Positions 39,200-51,146 of a DNA stretch of 64,000 nucleotides are shown piece by piece (within the stretch, counting starts at the first letter, position 1; each line of letters starts with the position of its first letter). Both the position numbers and the translations under genes were made by a program. Origin of the DNA: Sphyrna mokarran (taxonomy: Eukaryota); contig JAGIQG010000001.1 in NCBI GenBank assembly GCA_024679065.1, positions 106,888,001 through 106,952,000 of the forward strand, read 5' to 3'. The notes beneath the pieces are model-generated. The model ran no database searches. It was not told where the DNA came from and saw only the letters and a list, made by a program, of their open reading frames with translations.

Positions 39200-39416
39200 T
39201 AATTACTCCATTCTTAAAGTTAAAAGCCATTGCTTAGAGTGGACCAGGTAGATCTAAGTCCATTCCTTCCTTGTTCTACAAACCAAATTCAAAATCCAAT
39301 TGAATCCAATTTGTGGTCCCTACAAGAGAGACACAAGATCAAGCAGACAAATGAGGCTTTGAGGCATCCTGAGCTTGATCTGATGTTTGATCTTAGCCAA
39401 CAGTCCAAGAAGCGAT
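39200..39416 (-). mobile_element. U2 snRNA-headed interspersed repeat, copy A
   Basis: Starts atcgcttcttggactgttggctaagatcaa (27/30 to vertebrate U2 nt 1-30). The non-U2 body is colinear with 47220-47425. Confidence 0.75.
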
Positions 39417-40689
39417 CATTCACTCTCCTCAGCCAAATAAGTATAGAGTAAATCGGGTTTTGCTTCAGAGAGAATTGGGAGCAATTGATGCTGATTAAAA
39501 CTTATAGTTAAGTTGTGCCTTGCTAATGGTAATTGTATCCAGGAAAATAAGTAGAAGAATTCTCAAAGGACTGCAAGTTTCAACCTGACATGGTGAAGAG
39601 AAGTGAGCCTCTACTGAAGATCGTGGCCTGATTGTGGGATTGCTTTTGTAATGCTATACATTTGCCAAAAGCAGGGCACACAGTGTTTCACACATAAGAC
39701 ACATTCCACTTGAGTTAGTTGATAAATCTGAAATTACTTTTTCTGAAATTTGATATATTGGTTGCCTGTTAATTAATGTTAGATCCATGTTGATTTTAAT
39801 TTCTTTGTTACAGTAGAAGTCTTAAAAGATGGAATCTTACCTTTCAATTCTGTCAGTTGCTGAGAAACTGATCTTTTTAAAAAAATTATCTGCCTCCAAG
39901 AAGATTGTATTTTGATGGTGCTATATTGCTTTCCATCTGCATAATCATTCCAATGGTCCCGCCTCCCGATGGAAAGCATGGAAAAATGCTGAAATCCCAG
40001 CAAATGACAACAATGATGATGTAGCTGCAGCATAGGATGCAAAAGCTTTAAAAGATTTCTATTTATATTTGAAGTGTTGTTAACTACTAAAGGGGGACTT
40101 CTTTCACTTGCTTCTATGGTTAGTCCTGTCCTGTAAATTCTCATGCATGAGAGTTAATCCTCAGGCTGAAAATGGTTTTCTTTTTCATCAATTTCAGATC
40201 ATATTACCTTTGATACTAGAGGCCAAAAAGGGGAATAAAAGCAATAAAATAGGTATATAGTTGGAACGCACACAGGAACTAAATGAGTCAACACAGTATT
40301 ATAATACCTTTGCAACAATTAGGTTCAAGGGTGAGTCCTACCCAGACATGAAGATCTGAGCATGTCCAACATAATTAATGGTCATAAGTAAAGCACATCC
40401 TACAGCCTCTGTTCTGCCTCACAGCAAAATATGGTTTTAAATCTTGTTAATTCATTGAAGTCACTAGGATAGAAAATACAACCCAAAGGAAGTTACACTG
40501 GTATGTTAGGGATTATACTTTCTACAATGAGTCGGCATTCTTCTGTACGGTTTAATGGGATGAGATATCGCTAAAGCTCATTCAGTCTGACCTCAAATGC
40601 ATGAAGCTTTGGGTGCCTACTACAAATCTAAAGGAAGGGTAAATACATCCCATTTCAAAACAATTCTTTGATCACACAACTCAATGTAA

Positions 40690-40716
40690 ACACACACACA
40701 CGCACACGCACACACA
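40690..40716. repeat. (CA)n microsatellite
   Basis: cacacacacacgcacacgcacacaca. Confidence 0.8.
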
Positions 40717-40719
40717 TTT

Positions 40720-40878
40720 GTGGAATTGTAAATTGAGTTTGTGCCTTTATATGCCCTGTTTGTGATCAAAACTCCCACCCACCTGATGAAGGAACAGCCA
40801 GTTCCAAAAGCCAGTGGCGCTTGCTACAAATAAACCTGTTGGTCTTTAACCTGGTATTGTGAGACTTTCTTACTGCAC
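40720..40878 (+). mobile_element. PLE family A 3' fragment with mutated hammerhead
   Basis: gccctgtttgtgatca...cac-CTGATGA-A-GGAAC-agcca-GTTCC-AAAA-gc-CA-gtg...aaataaacctgttggtctttaacctgg. Confidence 0.85.
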
Positions 40879-41724
40879 TAAAGGCTGCTGTGCCTTCCAG
40901 CTTTTTAATGAAATAATTGAGTTTACTCAAGGAATGGTCAATAGCTTTCACTAATTCTATGAAGTCAAAGATTTGATGAACTGAAAGAAAAATGCTTCAC
41001 AAGTCTAATTGCCCAGCAATACCTTAAAATGACCAAATTAAATAAATTCAGAGAAAAATGGGAGCTTATAACCTGCAACCCTTGATCAATCACTGATCTC
41101 CAAAACATAAATTATTGCCAAAAATATACTTTATTTTAAACAATTCAGAAATTTTTGTGTCCATTCACAATTCAGTGCATTTTGATTGCAACCGCCAGAT
41201 GGATTTGTGATGAAGCACTTCCATTTGATGTGAATGATTGCTGGGTCAATACTAACAGACAGGTTTGCAAGCATCTCTCACAGAAACCGTCCAGTAAAAC
41301 ATTCTGATAATACTATTAGACTATGATTATGTCAACCTAATAATCCTACTTAGTCATGAGAATAGCACAAAGACTCTTCTCCCCCACCGTGCCCCCACTA
41401 AGATTATTGTTGCAAAAGTTTTCTTTAAAACCTTTCCACTGTAGAAATATTTTGCAGAATTTTTACCTATTTGCAGTCTTAGGAGTTTTTTTGAAATATA
41501 TCCACTTAGACATTGCCAGTGACATTCAATCCGACGTCAGTCACTGGCAGTGATTTTAATGCTATCTTTGATGTGTAATAATCTTCCCAGCCTCGGGCAG
41601 TATTTCTGTATCAAAGTTAAATCGCCAGACTACTTATTGTGTGTACGGAAGCAGGGGGTCTTCCAGATTGTCTTGCAAATTCTAGCATAGTTTATATATT
41701 TCCCCATCAATTTTTCTTTCCCAT

Positions 41725-42045
41725 CTCCTGGGCTTATTGCTTCCTGCTGGGGTCTACTTCCATAGGTTCCAGGAACCTTCCGAGTAGTGAAAGACAGTGA
41801 GTTTGACTGCTGTGCCATCACAGCGGGGTCCAATCCTGATCTCTTCTAACATTCTCACACATGGACTCTGGTAGAGGGTATTATTCAGCAATGGGAAGTC
41901 TTTAGCTGATTTTGTTCCTATCTATCAGCTTGCAATGCTGTCGTTATCTTGTCTCTAATGCTATCCTAATTGTTCCTTTAATCCAACACAGACAAGGTAG
42001 CGATCCTGGGATCTTCCTGACTGGAACAACTCAGTAGCAACTTGG
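41725..42045 (-). mobile_element. LF-SINE-like ancient SINE
   Basis: Reverse strand cccaggatcg...tctgtgttgga...aaaatcagctaa...caggattggac...ctgtgatg...tggaagtagaccccagcagga. Confidence 0.5.
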
Positions 42046-42227
42046 ACAATATGACTTCTAGTCAGTCCACCACAGGTACTGTTATCTGGAGGATAGATGT
42101 TTGGAATGTGGCACATGAGCAATCAGAATTCTAAACATTTCCCTATATCAAAAATAAGTTAAATTGGGATTTATTATCTGGGAATTGATTGGTTCATAAT
42201 AAACATAACAGTATGAAATGGTCCAAC

Positions 42228-42375
42228 AATGTGTGGCCATGATAAATTGTCAGGAGATTAGCAAGGTAAATAAGGGGGTTTTGAGAATAGGTCCTGGATG
42301 GGATTGTGGCCAGAGTTGACTAAATGGGCTGAATGGCCTCCTTCTGCACTGTAGGGATTGTATAATTCTATTCTA
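42228..42375 (+). mobile_element. HE1-like SINE 3' half
   Basis: ggattagcaaggtaaa...gggctgaatggcctccttctgcactgtagggatt. Confidence 0.75.
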
Positions 42376-42454
42376 TCCAAATAAATAGAGAGTTGAATGG
42401 GAGTGAAAGGCACAGCCCAACAGTGTTGTCAGCACCAGTAATACGTTCATTAAC

Positions 42455-43425
42455 AGAACATAGAACATTACAGCGCAGAACAGGCCCTTCGGCCTTCGAT
42501 GTTGCGCCGACCAATTATGAAAAAAGCAATGACCCTCCAAACTAAACCATTCCCTTCTCTTCCATAAACTTATCAACTAACCTCTTAAACGCCACCAAAC
42601 TTGGCGCATCTACAACTGCCGCAGGCAGGGCATTCCACTCCCTAACCACCCTCTGGGTAAAGAACCTACCTCTGATATCCGTCCTATAACTATCACCCCT
42701 TAATTTAAAGCTGTGTCCCCTCGTGCTAGCTTTCTCCATCCTAGGAAAAAGGCTATCACTGTCCACCCTATCTAAACCTCTAATCATCTTATATGTTTCA
42801 ATAAGGTCTCCTCTTAGCCGCCTTCTTTCTAACGAAAACAACCTCAAATCCCTCAGCCTCTCTTCATAAGACCTGCCCTCCATACCAGGCAACATCCTGG
42901 TAAACCTCCTCTGTACCCTCTCCAATGCCTCCACATCTTTCTTATAATGCGGGGACCAGAACTGCACACAATACTCCAAGTGTGGCCACACTAGAGTTTT
43001 GTACAGTTGCAACATGACGTTGCGGCTCCGAAATTCAATCCCCCTACCAATAAAAGCTAAGACTCCATATGCCTTCTTAACAACCTTATCGACTTGACTG
43101 CCTACTTTCAGGGATCTATGCACATATACACCAAGATCCTCTGTTCATCAACACTATTAAGAGTCCTACCATTAGCCCTATACTCTACACATTTGTTATT
43201 CCTGCCAAAGTGAATTACCTCACACTTTTCCACATTAAACTCCATTTGCCACCTCTCGGCCCAGCTCTGCAACTTGTCCAAGTCTCTCTGCAAACTATAA
43301 CACCCCTCTTCACTATCTACCACTCCACCGACTTTAGTGTCATCCGCAAATTTACTAATCCATCCTTCAATACCCTCATCCAGATCATTTATAAAAATTA
43401 CAAACAGCAGGGGCCCCAAAACAGA
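42455..43425 (-). mobile_element. Young 5'-truncated CR1/HER1 LINE
   Basis: GPLLFVIFINDLD...KFADDTK...FNVEKCEVIHFG (43108-43419), frameshifted into a stop-free 193-aa C-terminus (PHLEYCVQFWSP, LERRRLRGDLIE, FFTQRVVREWNALP). ttctatgttct tail. Confidence 0.95.
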
Positions 43426-43506
43426 CTCCTAATGGTGTCTACACCATTAATGGTGAGCAAAGCAGTAAAAACGATGCAGGATGTGTCCCTGGCTTAAAAC
43501 AACACA

Positions 43507-43541
43507 ATCCACCCCAATCCAACGCCGGCATCTTTACATCA
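43507..43541 (+). mobile_element. 35-bp PLE family A 3' tip
   Basis: accccaatccaacgccggcatctttacatca between perfect 13-bp direct repeats ttaaaacaacaca. Confidence 0.75.
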
Positions 43542-44054
43542 TTAAAACAACACATCCATTATGACATTCATAATCAATCTCCCATTCAGTGTCAACAAGT
43601 GAAAAAAGCAGCAGAGCTTAGCAGCATAGCCACATGATCTCAGCAGGCAAGGAGGCTTAGGGAAATAAACACAAGGTAAGAAAGAGTGAAGGAAGATGCT
43701 GCAGAATCCTTAAGTTTCATCCATGAGCAATGTCATAGGGGCACGGGTTGTTTCATTTTCACATCAGATACTTGTTCCAGTGGATTATCCATTGAGATGA
43801 CACCTTCCTAAACAATCACCAATGCTGCCCAATTTTACAGCTCACAATTGACAAATGTTTTTCTTTTAGCCAAACAGCAATGCTAATTGTGTTGTGAAAC
43901 ATTGTGCAAACAAAATGATTTAAATGTAAAACAACATTCGAATAATGTTTGGTATTTACAGAAGAGAGTTTTTGGACATGTTGGCTGGTAAAATTAAATC
44001 TATCCTTTATGTCTAATTCATGAAGCACAAAGCCCTACTGCTTTGCCTGACTAT

Positions 44055-44170
44055 AAGCTCCATTTGTGCACACACCTACAGAGCTCCATTTCCGCGTGCG
44101 TTCACAAAGCTTCGTTCTTGCGTGCGTGCACAAAGCTCTGTTCCTGCACACACGCAAATGCTCCATTCCT
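44055..44170. repeat. Degenerate ~25-bp tandem repeat, ~5 units
   Basis: Recurring aaagctcc(a/g)ttcctgc(a/g)(c/t)gc motif. Confidence 0.6.
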
Positions 44171-45277
44171 CAACTGCAAAATGTAGGCAACAGGTCGACA
44201 TTGAAGAGCCCAATGAAACAACTCTCTCTCTGATAGCATTAAAAAGTGAGGAATGCGGTTCACACCAGTGGAAGTTATACTACAGTCAACTCCAAAGCTA
44301 AGCAGTGAAATCATTTTCTTGTGATAGTCTCATGACACTTGTCTCAATTCACTTTGAGCCTTGTATATTAGAAGTCATTTAAACATTTTATGTTGATGCA
44401 AGGTCTCATATGTCACATTAATATCAAAGATGAAATTCGGCAAGTAGGGGAGAGAGGACAAGTAACAGGTAAAATATATATTTGTGGCTATCCCATCACC
44501 TTCTTGCTCACCTAGACTTGGTCCCCATAATGTGCTAGGTGAGTGAGTGCAAAAATTGGCAACATGCTTGCCACATTTAAATGGATAATTAAAGGGCAAT
44601 TAGGCTTGTTAACAAGCCTACTGATCTGAATTATGTGCTTCATTTGCCAAAACATGGGAGTCAGACAGGAGTGGGCGGACCTTTTTTTTTAGAGTCTTCA
44701 CAAGAAAAGGTGGAAAGTGAGGGAACCTCATTTAAGGGATGCCTCAGGGGCACCCCCACATCACCTCCCCCCTGCCCACCCATCAGCCCCCTGGTGAAAA
44801 TGACAAGCCTGAGGCATCTGCAGACGGAGGCTTGCACTGCAAGAGCAGCTCGTGGAGACTACTCTCACAGGCTGTGTGCTGTGTTCTCAGATGGCTTCTA
44901 GTCCTCACAAACCTTTGTTGCAATCCCCTTTGAGGCTTCCGCTTGAGCAGCACACTGACCCTCGAGGCCACCGGTGGGCCAACTGACTCTCCTTCCTCCT
45001 CGATCCACCTAACTGGGCAGCAAACCCAGAGACTGCCCACTAATTGGTCAACCTGGAAGGCGCATTGCTCTGACAGCCAGGTTACAGGCCCCATATCTGG
45101 TCACTGAAAATATTCGAGGGGGGATGGCTGGTATATGGCAGTGATTCGTAAGATATCAGGAAGCAAAGGGTTAAATTGTGAAGACACATTACACAAACTA
45201 CTTTAGATTTCTGTAAGTTTGGAAAGTTGGAGAAAGTGATTTTGATAGAGTAGATACAGGAAAATGACTTCCCTTGG

Positions 45278-45812
45278 AAGGGAAATTTGGCATGTCTGTT
45301 AGGACTGTCACCAATTTTTATAGTTGCCCCATGGAAAGCATCCTTTCTGGATGTATCACAGCTTGGTGCGGTTCCTGCTCTGAACAAGATCGCAAGAAAC
45401 TACAAAAGGTTGTGAATATATTTCAATCCATCACACAAACCAGTCTCCCATCCACTGACTCCATCTATGCTTCCCGCTGTCTCAGAAAAGCAGTCAGCCT
45501 AATCAAGAGCCCCATGCACTCCGGACATACTCTCTTCCACCTTCTTCCATTGGGAAAAAGATACAAACATCTGAGATCACGTGCTAACCAAGTCAAGAAC
45601 AGCTTCTTCACCACTGCCATCAGACTTTTGAAAAGGTCTATCTTATATTAGGCTGATATGTCTGCACGCTCTTTAATACAACATTCTGCTTTCCTTTCCT
45701 TCTCCCCTTTGTACTCTACGAATGGTATGTTTTGTTTGTACAGCACGCAAGAAACAATACTTTTCACTGTCTCACAATACATTTGACAATCATAGATCAA
45801 AACAAATCAAAA
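45278..45812 (+). mobile_element. Rex1/Babar LINE 3' fragment
   Basis: ORF 45274-45651 KFGMS...ESILSGCITAWCG...NSFFTTAIRLL. Same 3' UTR as 15475 and 21418. Confidence 0.9.
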
Positions 45813-46049
45813 GGGGGTATAATCTTAAAAATCTGTTCAGGATTGACCTCAGATAGTACCTCTTCAGACCAATGATAGCAGAAGTCTAGAACTTGCTTCC
45901 ACAAAACTGCGGATGCTGGATCAACTGACATTTTCAAGATTGAGATTCACAAATATTTCTTAGATAAAGGTATCAAAGAACATGGAGCAACAGCGAATAA
46001 ATGAAATGAAGGTACAAAGCAGTCCTGATCTAATGGAATGAAAAAAAAT

Positions 46050-46326
46050 TTGCATTCATGAGCCCAGGTGTCTGAAATGAAATACCTGTGAAATACAGTC
46101 ACTACAATGATGTTTGAAACAGGGGGCAGCAAACACTTTGTGCAGAGCAAGTTTTCAATACTTGTTACTGACCAGATAAATCTGTTTTGGTGATGTTGAT
46201 TAAGGGAAAAATATTGGCCTGGGCACTCAGGAAAAGTCCCTTGCTTTTCTTCAGAATAGTGCCATTGCATCTTTTGTGTTTATCTGAGAGGGGAGATGGG
46301 CTCTTGGTTCAACATCTCATCTGAAA
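46050..46326 (-). mobile_element. DeuSINE (SacSINE1-like) within CR1 3' debris
   Basis: Reverse strand ttcagatgagatgttgaacc...aaaagatgcaatggcactattctgaagaaaagcaaggg...ggccaatatttttccctta. Confidence 0.75.
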
Positions 46327-46437
46327 GAGAGAAGGATGGGACAGGCTTGAGGGATTGAATGGCCTATTTCTGTTTTCCTATTCCAATAAAAGATCACAAT
46401 ATTGATGGTTGTACAAAGCAATGCAATTCATATCTCT

Positions 46438-46672
46438 ATGGCTGTGCTAAGCGAGTGCAGGTTGGGGAGGGTACTGAGAAATCATCCAGGGTTCCCTTAT
46501 TCAAATACTATTTCGTTGAATAAAATGAAATGATGCTCACAAGAAGGCAATGACATTCCTGCCAACACTCCCTATTATGGTTCACAAACAGTGGACGTCA
46601 CAGCTGAGATACAGGGCAGCTATCATCAGCTAAGGGATGCAGGAAGAGTTGCACCTTCAGAGAAGAAAGGGA
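46438..46672 (+). mobile_element. LF-SINE-like ancient SINE
   Basis: aaatcatccagggttccc...cctgccaacactc...gcaccttcagagaagaaaggg. Confidence 0.5.
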
Positions 46673-47219
46673 CAAATTGGCTTTTTAACTTCATTTGAAA
46701 GGAAAGTCCTCCTGCTAAGATGTGATCATAGGTGCAATTGCTCATTTGAAAATAATCTTTTGTTTATTGAGCTGACATTGCATAAAGTGTCACATTGAGC
46801 ACAGTCCATATACAGTAGCAGCTCCTGTATTTAACTTTATCTACATCCTTAGGCAAGGCTATTTAAACAAGAGTTTCCTGCAAACAAATTGACAAGTTAA
46901 ACTTGCCAACTCAACTCCTAGTCAGTTCTGCAGTGTGCCTCTTGGAAATTTATAACCACAGCCATGTCAGAAACACAATGCTGGGCATCTGCAGCCAACA
47001 CATTGAGCAGAAGAATTTGCTGGTCATTTCGACTTTTTTTCTGACCAATTTCTTCCAAACGTAAACTGGCAGTAATGTATCATGTTTTCAATTTAGTTAA
47101 ACAGCCCACTGGAATAGCCCACTGGGCAATAATGTGCCTCATTACACAATTATGTGGTGATGATTTCAAGAAAATTACCCATTAAATATTCTTATCTGGT
47201 TTGTGGTTGGGAAGGAGTG

Positions 47220-47425
47220 CGGACTTTTGGCTAAATCAAGCATCAGGTCAAGCCAAGTGGGATGAAATGCCTTATCTGGTCAGCTTGGATCTTGTTTATC
47301 TCTCTCATGGGGACCATGAATTGGATTCAATTTGAATTTGGTTTTTGAAGCAAGCAAAGAATGGATTTGGGTTTGCTCGGTCCATTCTGAGCACTGGCTT
47401 TGTAACTTTAGGGATTGAGTGATTC
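47220..47425 (+). mobile_element. U2 snRNA-headed interspersed repeat, copy B
   Basis: cggacttttggctaa-atcaag (U2 nt 10-31) followed by a body colinear with the reverse complement of 39200-39386. Confidence 0.7.
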
Positions 47426-48499
47426 CTTTTTGTGAAAAGAATAGGTTGAGATTCAGCATTTCTGCTTCAAGGAGGAAGGATTTTTAAAAATTCACGCGAT
47501 GCAACTTGTACCAGTCTCTACAAGCCTATTATAGTACAGCACTGACAGAGCTGGAGTCAGGTGGGCATTGCCTTCTTGTCAGTGATTCATCTGTTAAATG
47601 AGGGAAGCAACAAAGAGAAAAAGGAAATATTGAAGTGAAGGATGCAAGGGAAAGCAAATCAACTTCTTTCTCAATTTTTCTGTTCAACACTTTCCCTTCA
47701 AACCATGCCAACTTAGTATCCTCCTGCTTGTTCCAAACTTTATCTTTACCAATGTATTTCAATTATAATACACACTTGGACTTTCATGAATGAAAAGTCA
47801 AATTTGCTGCGTCACCATATATAATCACATTTGGATAAATTTTCAAGGGAAAATGTGTATTACATTCAGAAAATTACAGAACCTCACATTTAACACTCCA
47901 CTCGCCCTCACACAATACGTTGGTGAAAAATCAGAAGCCTCTCATATTCTCCAATCATTTTTCTCTTACTCTTCATTCTGAGCTGCTCTCTCAGCAGGTG
48001 ATGCCTGCCACGCAAAGTATTTGCAGTCATGTTCAATTACAAAAGCAAAGAGATGATGGGAGTGAGATGTTGAATTAGGTCTGATGGAACATACAGTGCG
48101 AAACATTTCAGAATAATTTTCCAGTCTCGGTTAGCTTTATTTACATCTAACTTAGAGCTCTGAGAAAGCCACCCATTTTGGGCTTGCTTTTCCTCCACCA
48201 ATAATAATTTCAATGGTTTTGACAAGTTAAATCTGGGTCAACAGCAATGATCCACTTTGTTCAACTATTCTGACTTGATAACAAAGCTTGTCCGTCTTCA
48301 ATCAGTTAGGTCTTCTTATCCCAATCCTCATAGCAAACACATCACTCTCAAGAATCATACCTCCATATTTACTCCTGTGCTATACTCTCACTTCAATCCT
48401 ATTTTTCTTTTCTCCTTGTTGGACGTTTTTTGCATTCATTCTATCACACAGCCTTCCAACTATTATCCAATGCCTTCACATCAATACATTGTGAATGTT

Positions 48500-49680
48500 A
48501 AGAAAGCTGTCACCATGAAATTTCTGGCCTAACCCATGATTAGCCTTATGGCTGTCGGTCTGAGCTCTCCACGGGATATTTTGTTGCCTGTATTATGTAC
48601 TTTGGAATTCTACTTTTAACACCTTTAAATTATCCGTCATTATCTTGGCCATCTCTTCAGCCTTTAATACAACATGCCATCACGTACCTTTAAACAAATT
48701 ACCATCATATAGCCTCCAACTAAAAGGTACGAGATGATTGATATTTGGTTACGTCTCAAACTGTTTAACCTATGCTGGATTTAATGATTTTTCTCATTGA
48801 CTCAAAAGTACCCCATCATTTAGTGATGCCTCTCCACTGTTCACTCTGCACATCAACGACCTCCCTCCACTCATCAATCAATCCCATGTATTATTTTGCA
48901 AATGATTTATTGTGACATTCCCCAATATCCATCACAGAAGACAGTATATTTACAATGACAGTATATGAATCTTCATATCTTGAGCTCCTTCATTCCTTTA
49001 ACAGGACAAATTAAACATGAATTTGTCTAATTTTTCAAATATCTACCACCTTAATTTATTTTGAATGTGTGCTGGACTCTATTCTCTCTCTTCCTTCATC
49101 ATCTGGTACTCTTAACTTTACCAGCTCCCCTGGCATCAATACTACTTTCCATCCCTATGCAAAATTATTTCAGAGTTGCACAATTTCCATTCTTTTGCCA
49201 CCTGCACCCTAAATCCCTCGAACCTCTTGGCAATATAATCGTAAACATGCTAATGCTTGAACATTTCTTTTATTTCTGGACATTGCAAGCTGTCTAGCTT
49301 ATACTCCTGAACAGGGTACAAGACAAAGCTGCTCTTCCAAATGGCAAACACATCTCACTCTAGCCTCTAATCAATCTCTCTTACACTATCCTTTTCTGAA
49401 GTTGGATGAATTGGTCCTTCTAAGTTCCAAATCTGCCACCTCCTTAATAAGGCATTTCCTCAGAGCTGTTGTTATTTCTGTGCAAACTGGGTTTCCACAG
49501 CAGCCCTGGTGAAAGTACAGCAGCAAAGCTGAAGCCACATAGAAAATTCCTGGCCCAATATTCATCATGCAATCTGATAACCTAAACTTATTTCTTCCTT
49601 GAAATGCTTGACCCCTTAACTCTTTTCTTCTCCCACAATGTTCAGACTTTTAAAATCCAGTTTGGTAACTCATAATAATT
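48500..49680 (+). mobile_element. Highly decayed non-LTR RT remnant
   Basis: PLFTLHINDLP..FAND and LLNRVQDKA fragments. Clade uncertain. Confidence 0.4.
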
Positions 49681-49877
49681 ACCTTTTGATTTAACTTGCT
49701 TTCAATGCTGTTCAGTTCTCAGTGATGTCTTCAGGGGGCCTTGGTGTTCTTCTTAATTTTTCAATAGTCATTAAACAAAAAAAACCCTATTCAATAAGTG
49801 AAGCCTTAGAGAGCACATTGTACAAGCTGTCAGCACAAATTTCTTGAATCCAAAGATGTTTTCACCCCTTCACCATT

Positions 49878-50026
49878 CATCTGCTAAATTGCCCTCAGTG
49901 TCAGGAGAGACAAGGGGGAGTAAACGCATGGGATTATGAGGATAGGGCCTGGATAGAATTGTGGTCGGTGCAGACTCGATGGCTTGAATGGCCTCCTTCT
50001 GCCTGTAGGACTTTATGATTCTATGA
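49878..50026 (+). mobile_element. HE1-like SINE 3' half
   Basis: gctaaattgccctcagtgtc...ggtgcagactcgatgg...gaatggcctccttctg...ttctatga. Confidence 0.8.
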
Positions 50027-50904
50027 CCTCCATGTCAGATGGAAGCCAAACTCTAGTATCGAGTTGAAAACAAAAGGACTACAATATCTTACTTTCAGAA
50101 ACGACTGTCAAAATAATAAGCCTGCTGGTCGATAGATTTGGAATCAGGGGCCAGCTCAGGTACCAATAAATCACATATCTATCACTTGAATTTGGATTAG
50201 AATTTAATTCCACTGGCACTCCACTTAGTTCATTGAGCAATATAGTGGCGATAGAGCTTTAGTGACTTTCTGACTGGCTGTCCGCAATCCCAGCTCCAAC
50301 ACTGCCTAATGCAAGGGTGCCTGTTTGAGTCAGTCACCTGGCTATGCTGGGACTTTTGCCCAATGTGTTCTTATAAGAACTTAAAAGAAAACCTTGCCAA
50401 TTGAGCATTGTTTAGCATTTAATAAAATCCGAAACCTTTAGTATTAGCAGCTGAACAGATTTTTTAAAAATTTACTTGAATATTTGGCTCTTCATTTGCC
50501 TCTATTTCTATTTTTGGAATAGTCTGGTATCACTCTGATTTGTGGGATAGTGCCACCGATATGTCCTTGCAGGATCTCACCATTCCATGCAAATATTCTG
50601 TCCCAGGGATTTCATAGTTAGGCAGACCTTGTAGCATTTGATCTGTGCACTTCGTTCAACTAGAATTTCAACCCAACCTCGCATTACAATTGATTATGAC
50701 TAACTGGGACAAAAGAGATATTGATTAGCGAAGATTGATCACACACTGGAAAATGCCACAGAGTTTATAGCTTGGAATTAACCTTTGCATAGCTCAAGTG
50801 CAGCCAGTAACCCTAGTGTTTTACCACGCATATTGGATTTCACTCATTCACACAATCACTGTCTATCAGAAATCATCCATAAAAACATTAAAGGGGAGAG
50901 AACA

Positions 50905-51146
50905 AGGATTTGCACATTCGACCTGTCTATGTGGGTTTTCTCTGAATGCTCCAGGTTCCTCCCACAGTCCAAAGATGAATAGGTTAGGTTGATGCTAATG
51001 CGAAGACCATGCTAAATTGCTCCTTAGTGTTAAGGGACCAGTGAGGTAAATACATAGGGTTGTGTGGATAGGGCCTGGGTGGGACTGTTGTTGAGGTAGG
51101 TTTAAATGGGCTGAATGACCTCTTTCTGCACTGTAGGGAATCTATA
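50905..51146 (+). mobile_element. HE1-like SINE lacking head
   Basis: tttgcacattc...cctcccacagtccaaagatg...gggctgaatgacctctttctgcactgtaggga. Confidence 0.8.

Noticed and set aside
39387-39416. Functional U2 snRNA gene
   Set aside because: Only nt 1-30 are present; branch-point recognition region, Sm site and 3' stem-loops are absent.
42542-43123. Longest ORF (193 aa) as a gene
   Set aside because: CR1 ORF2 C-terminus in a 5'-truncated copy.
43430-43455. Short alternating inverted repeat (taatggtgt/acaccatta) at the CR1 5' junction
   Set aside because: Only 9 bp and overlapping CR1-derived sequence; cannot be distinguished from chance.
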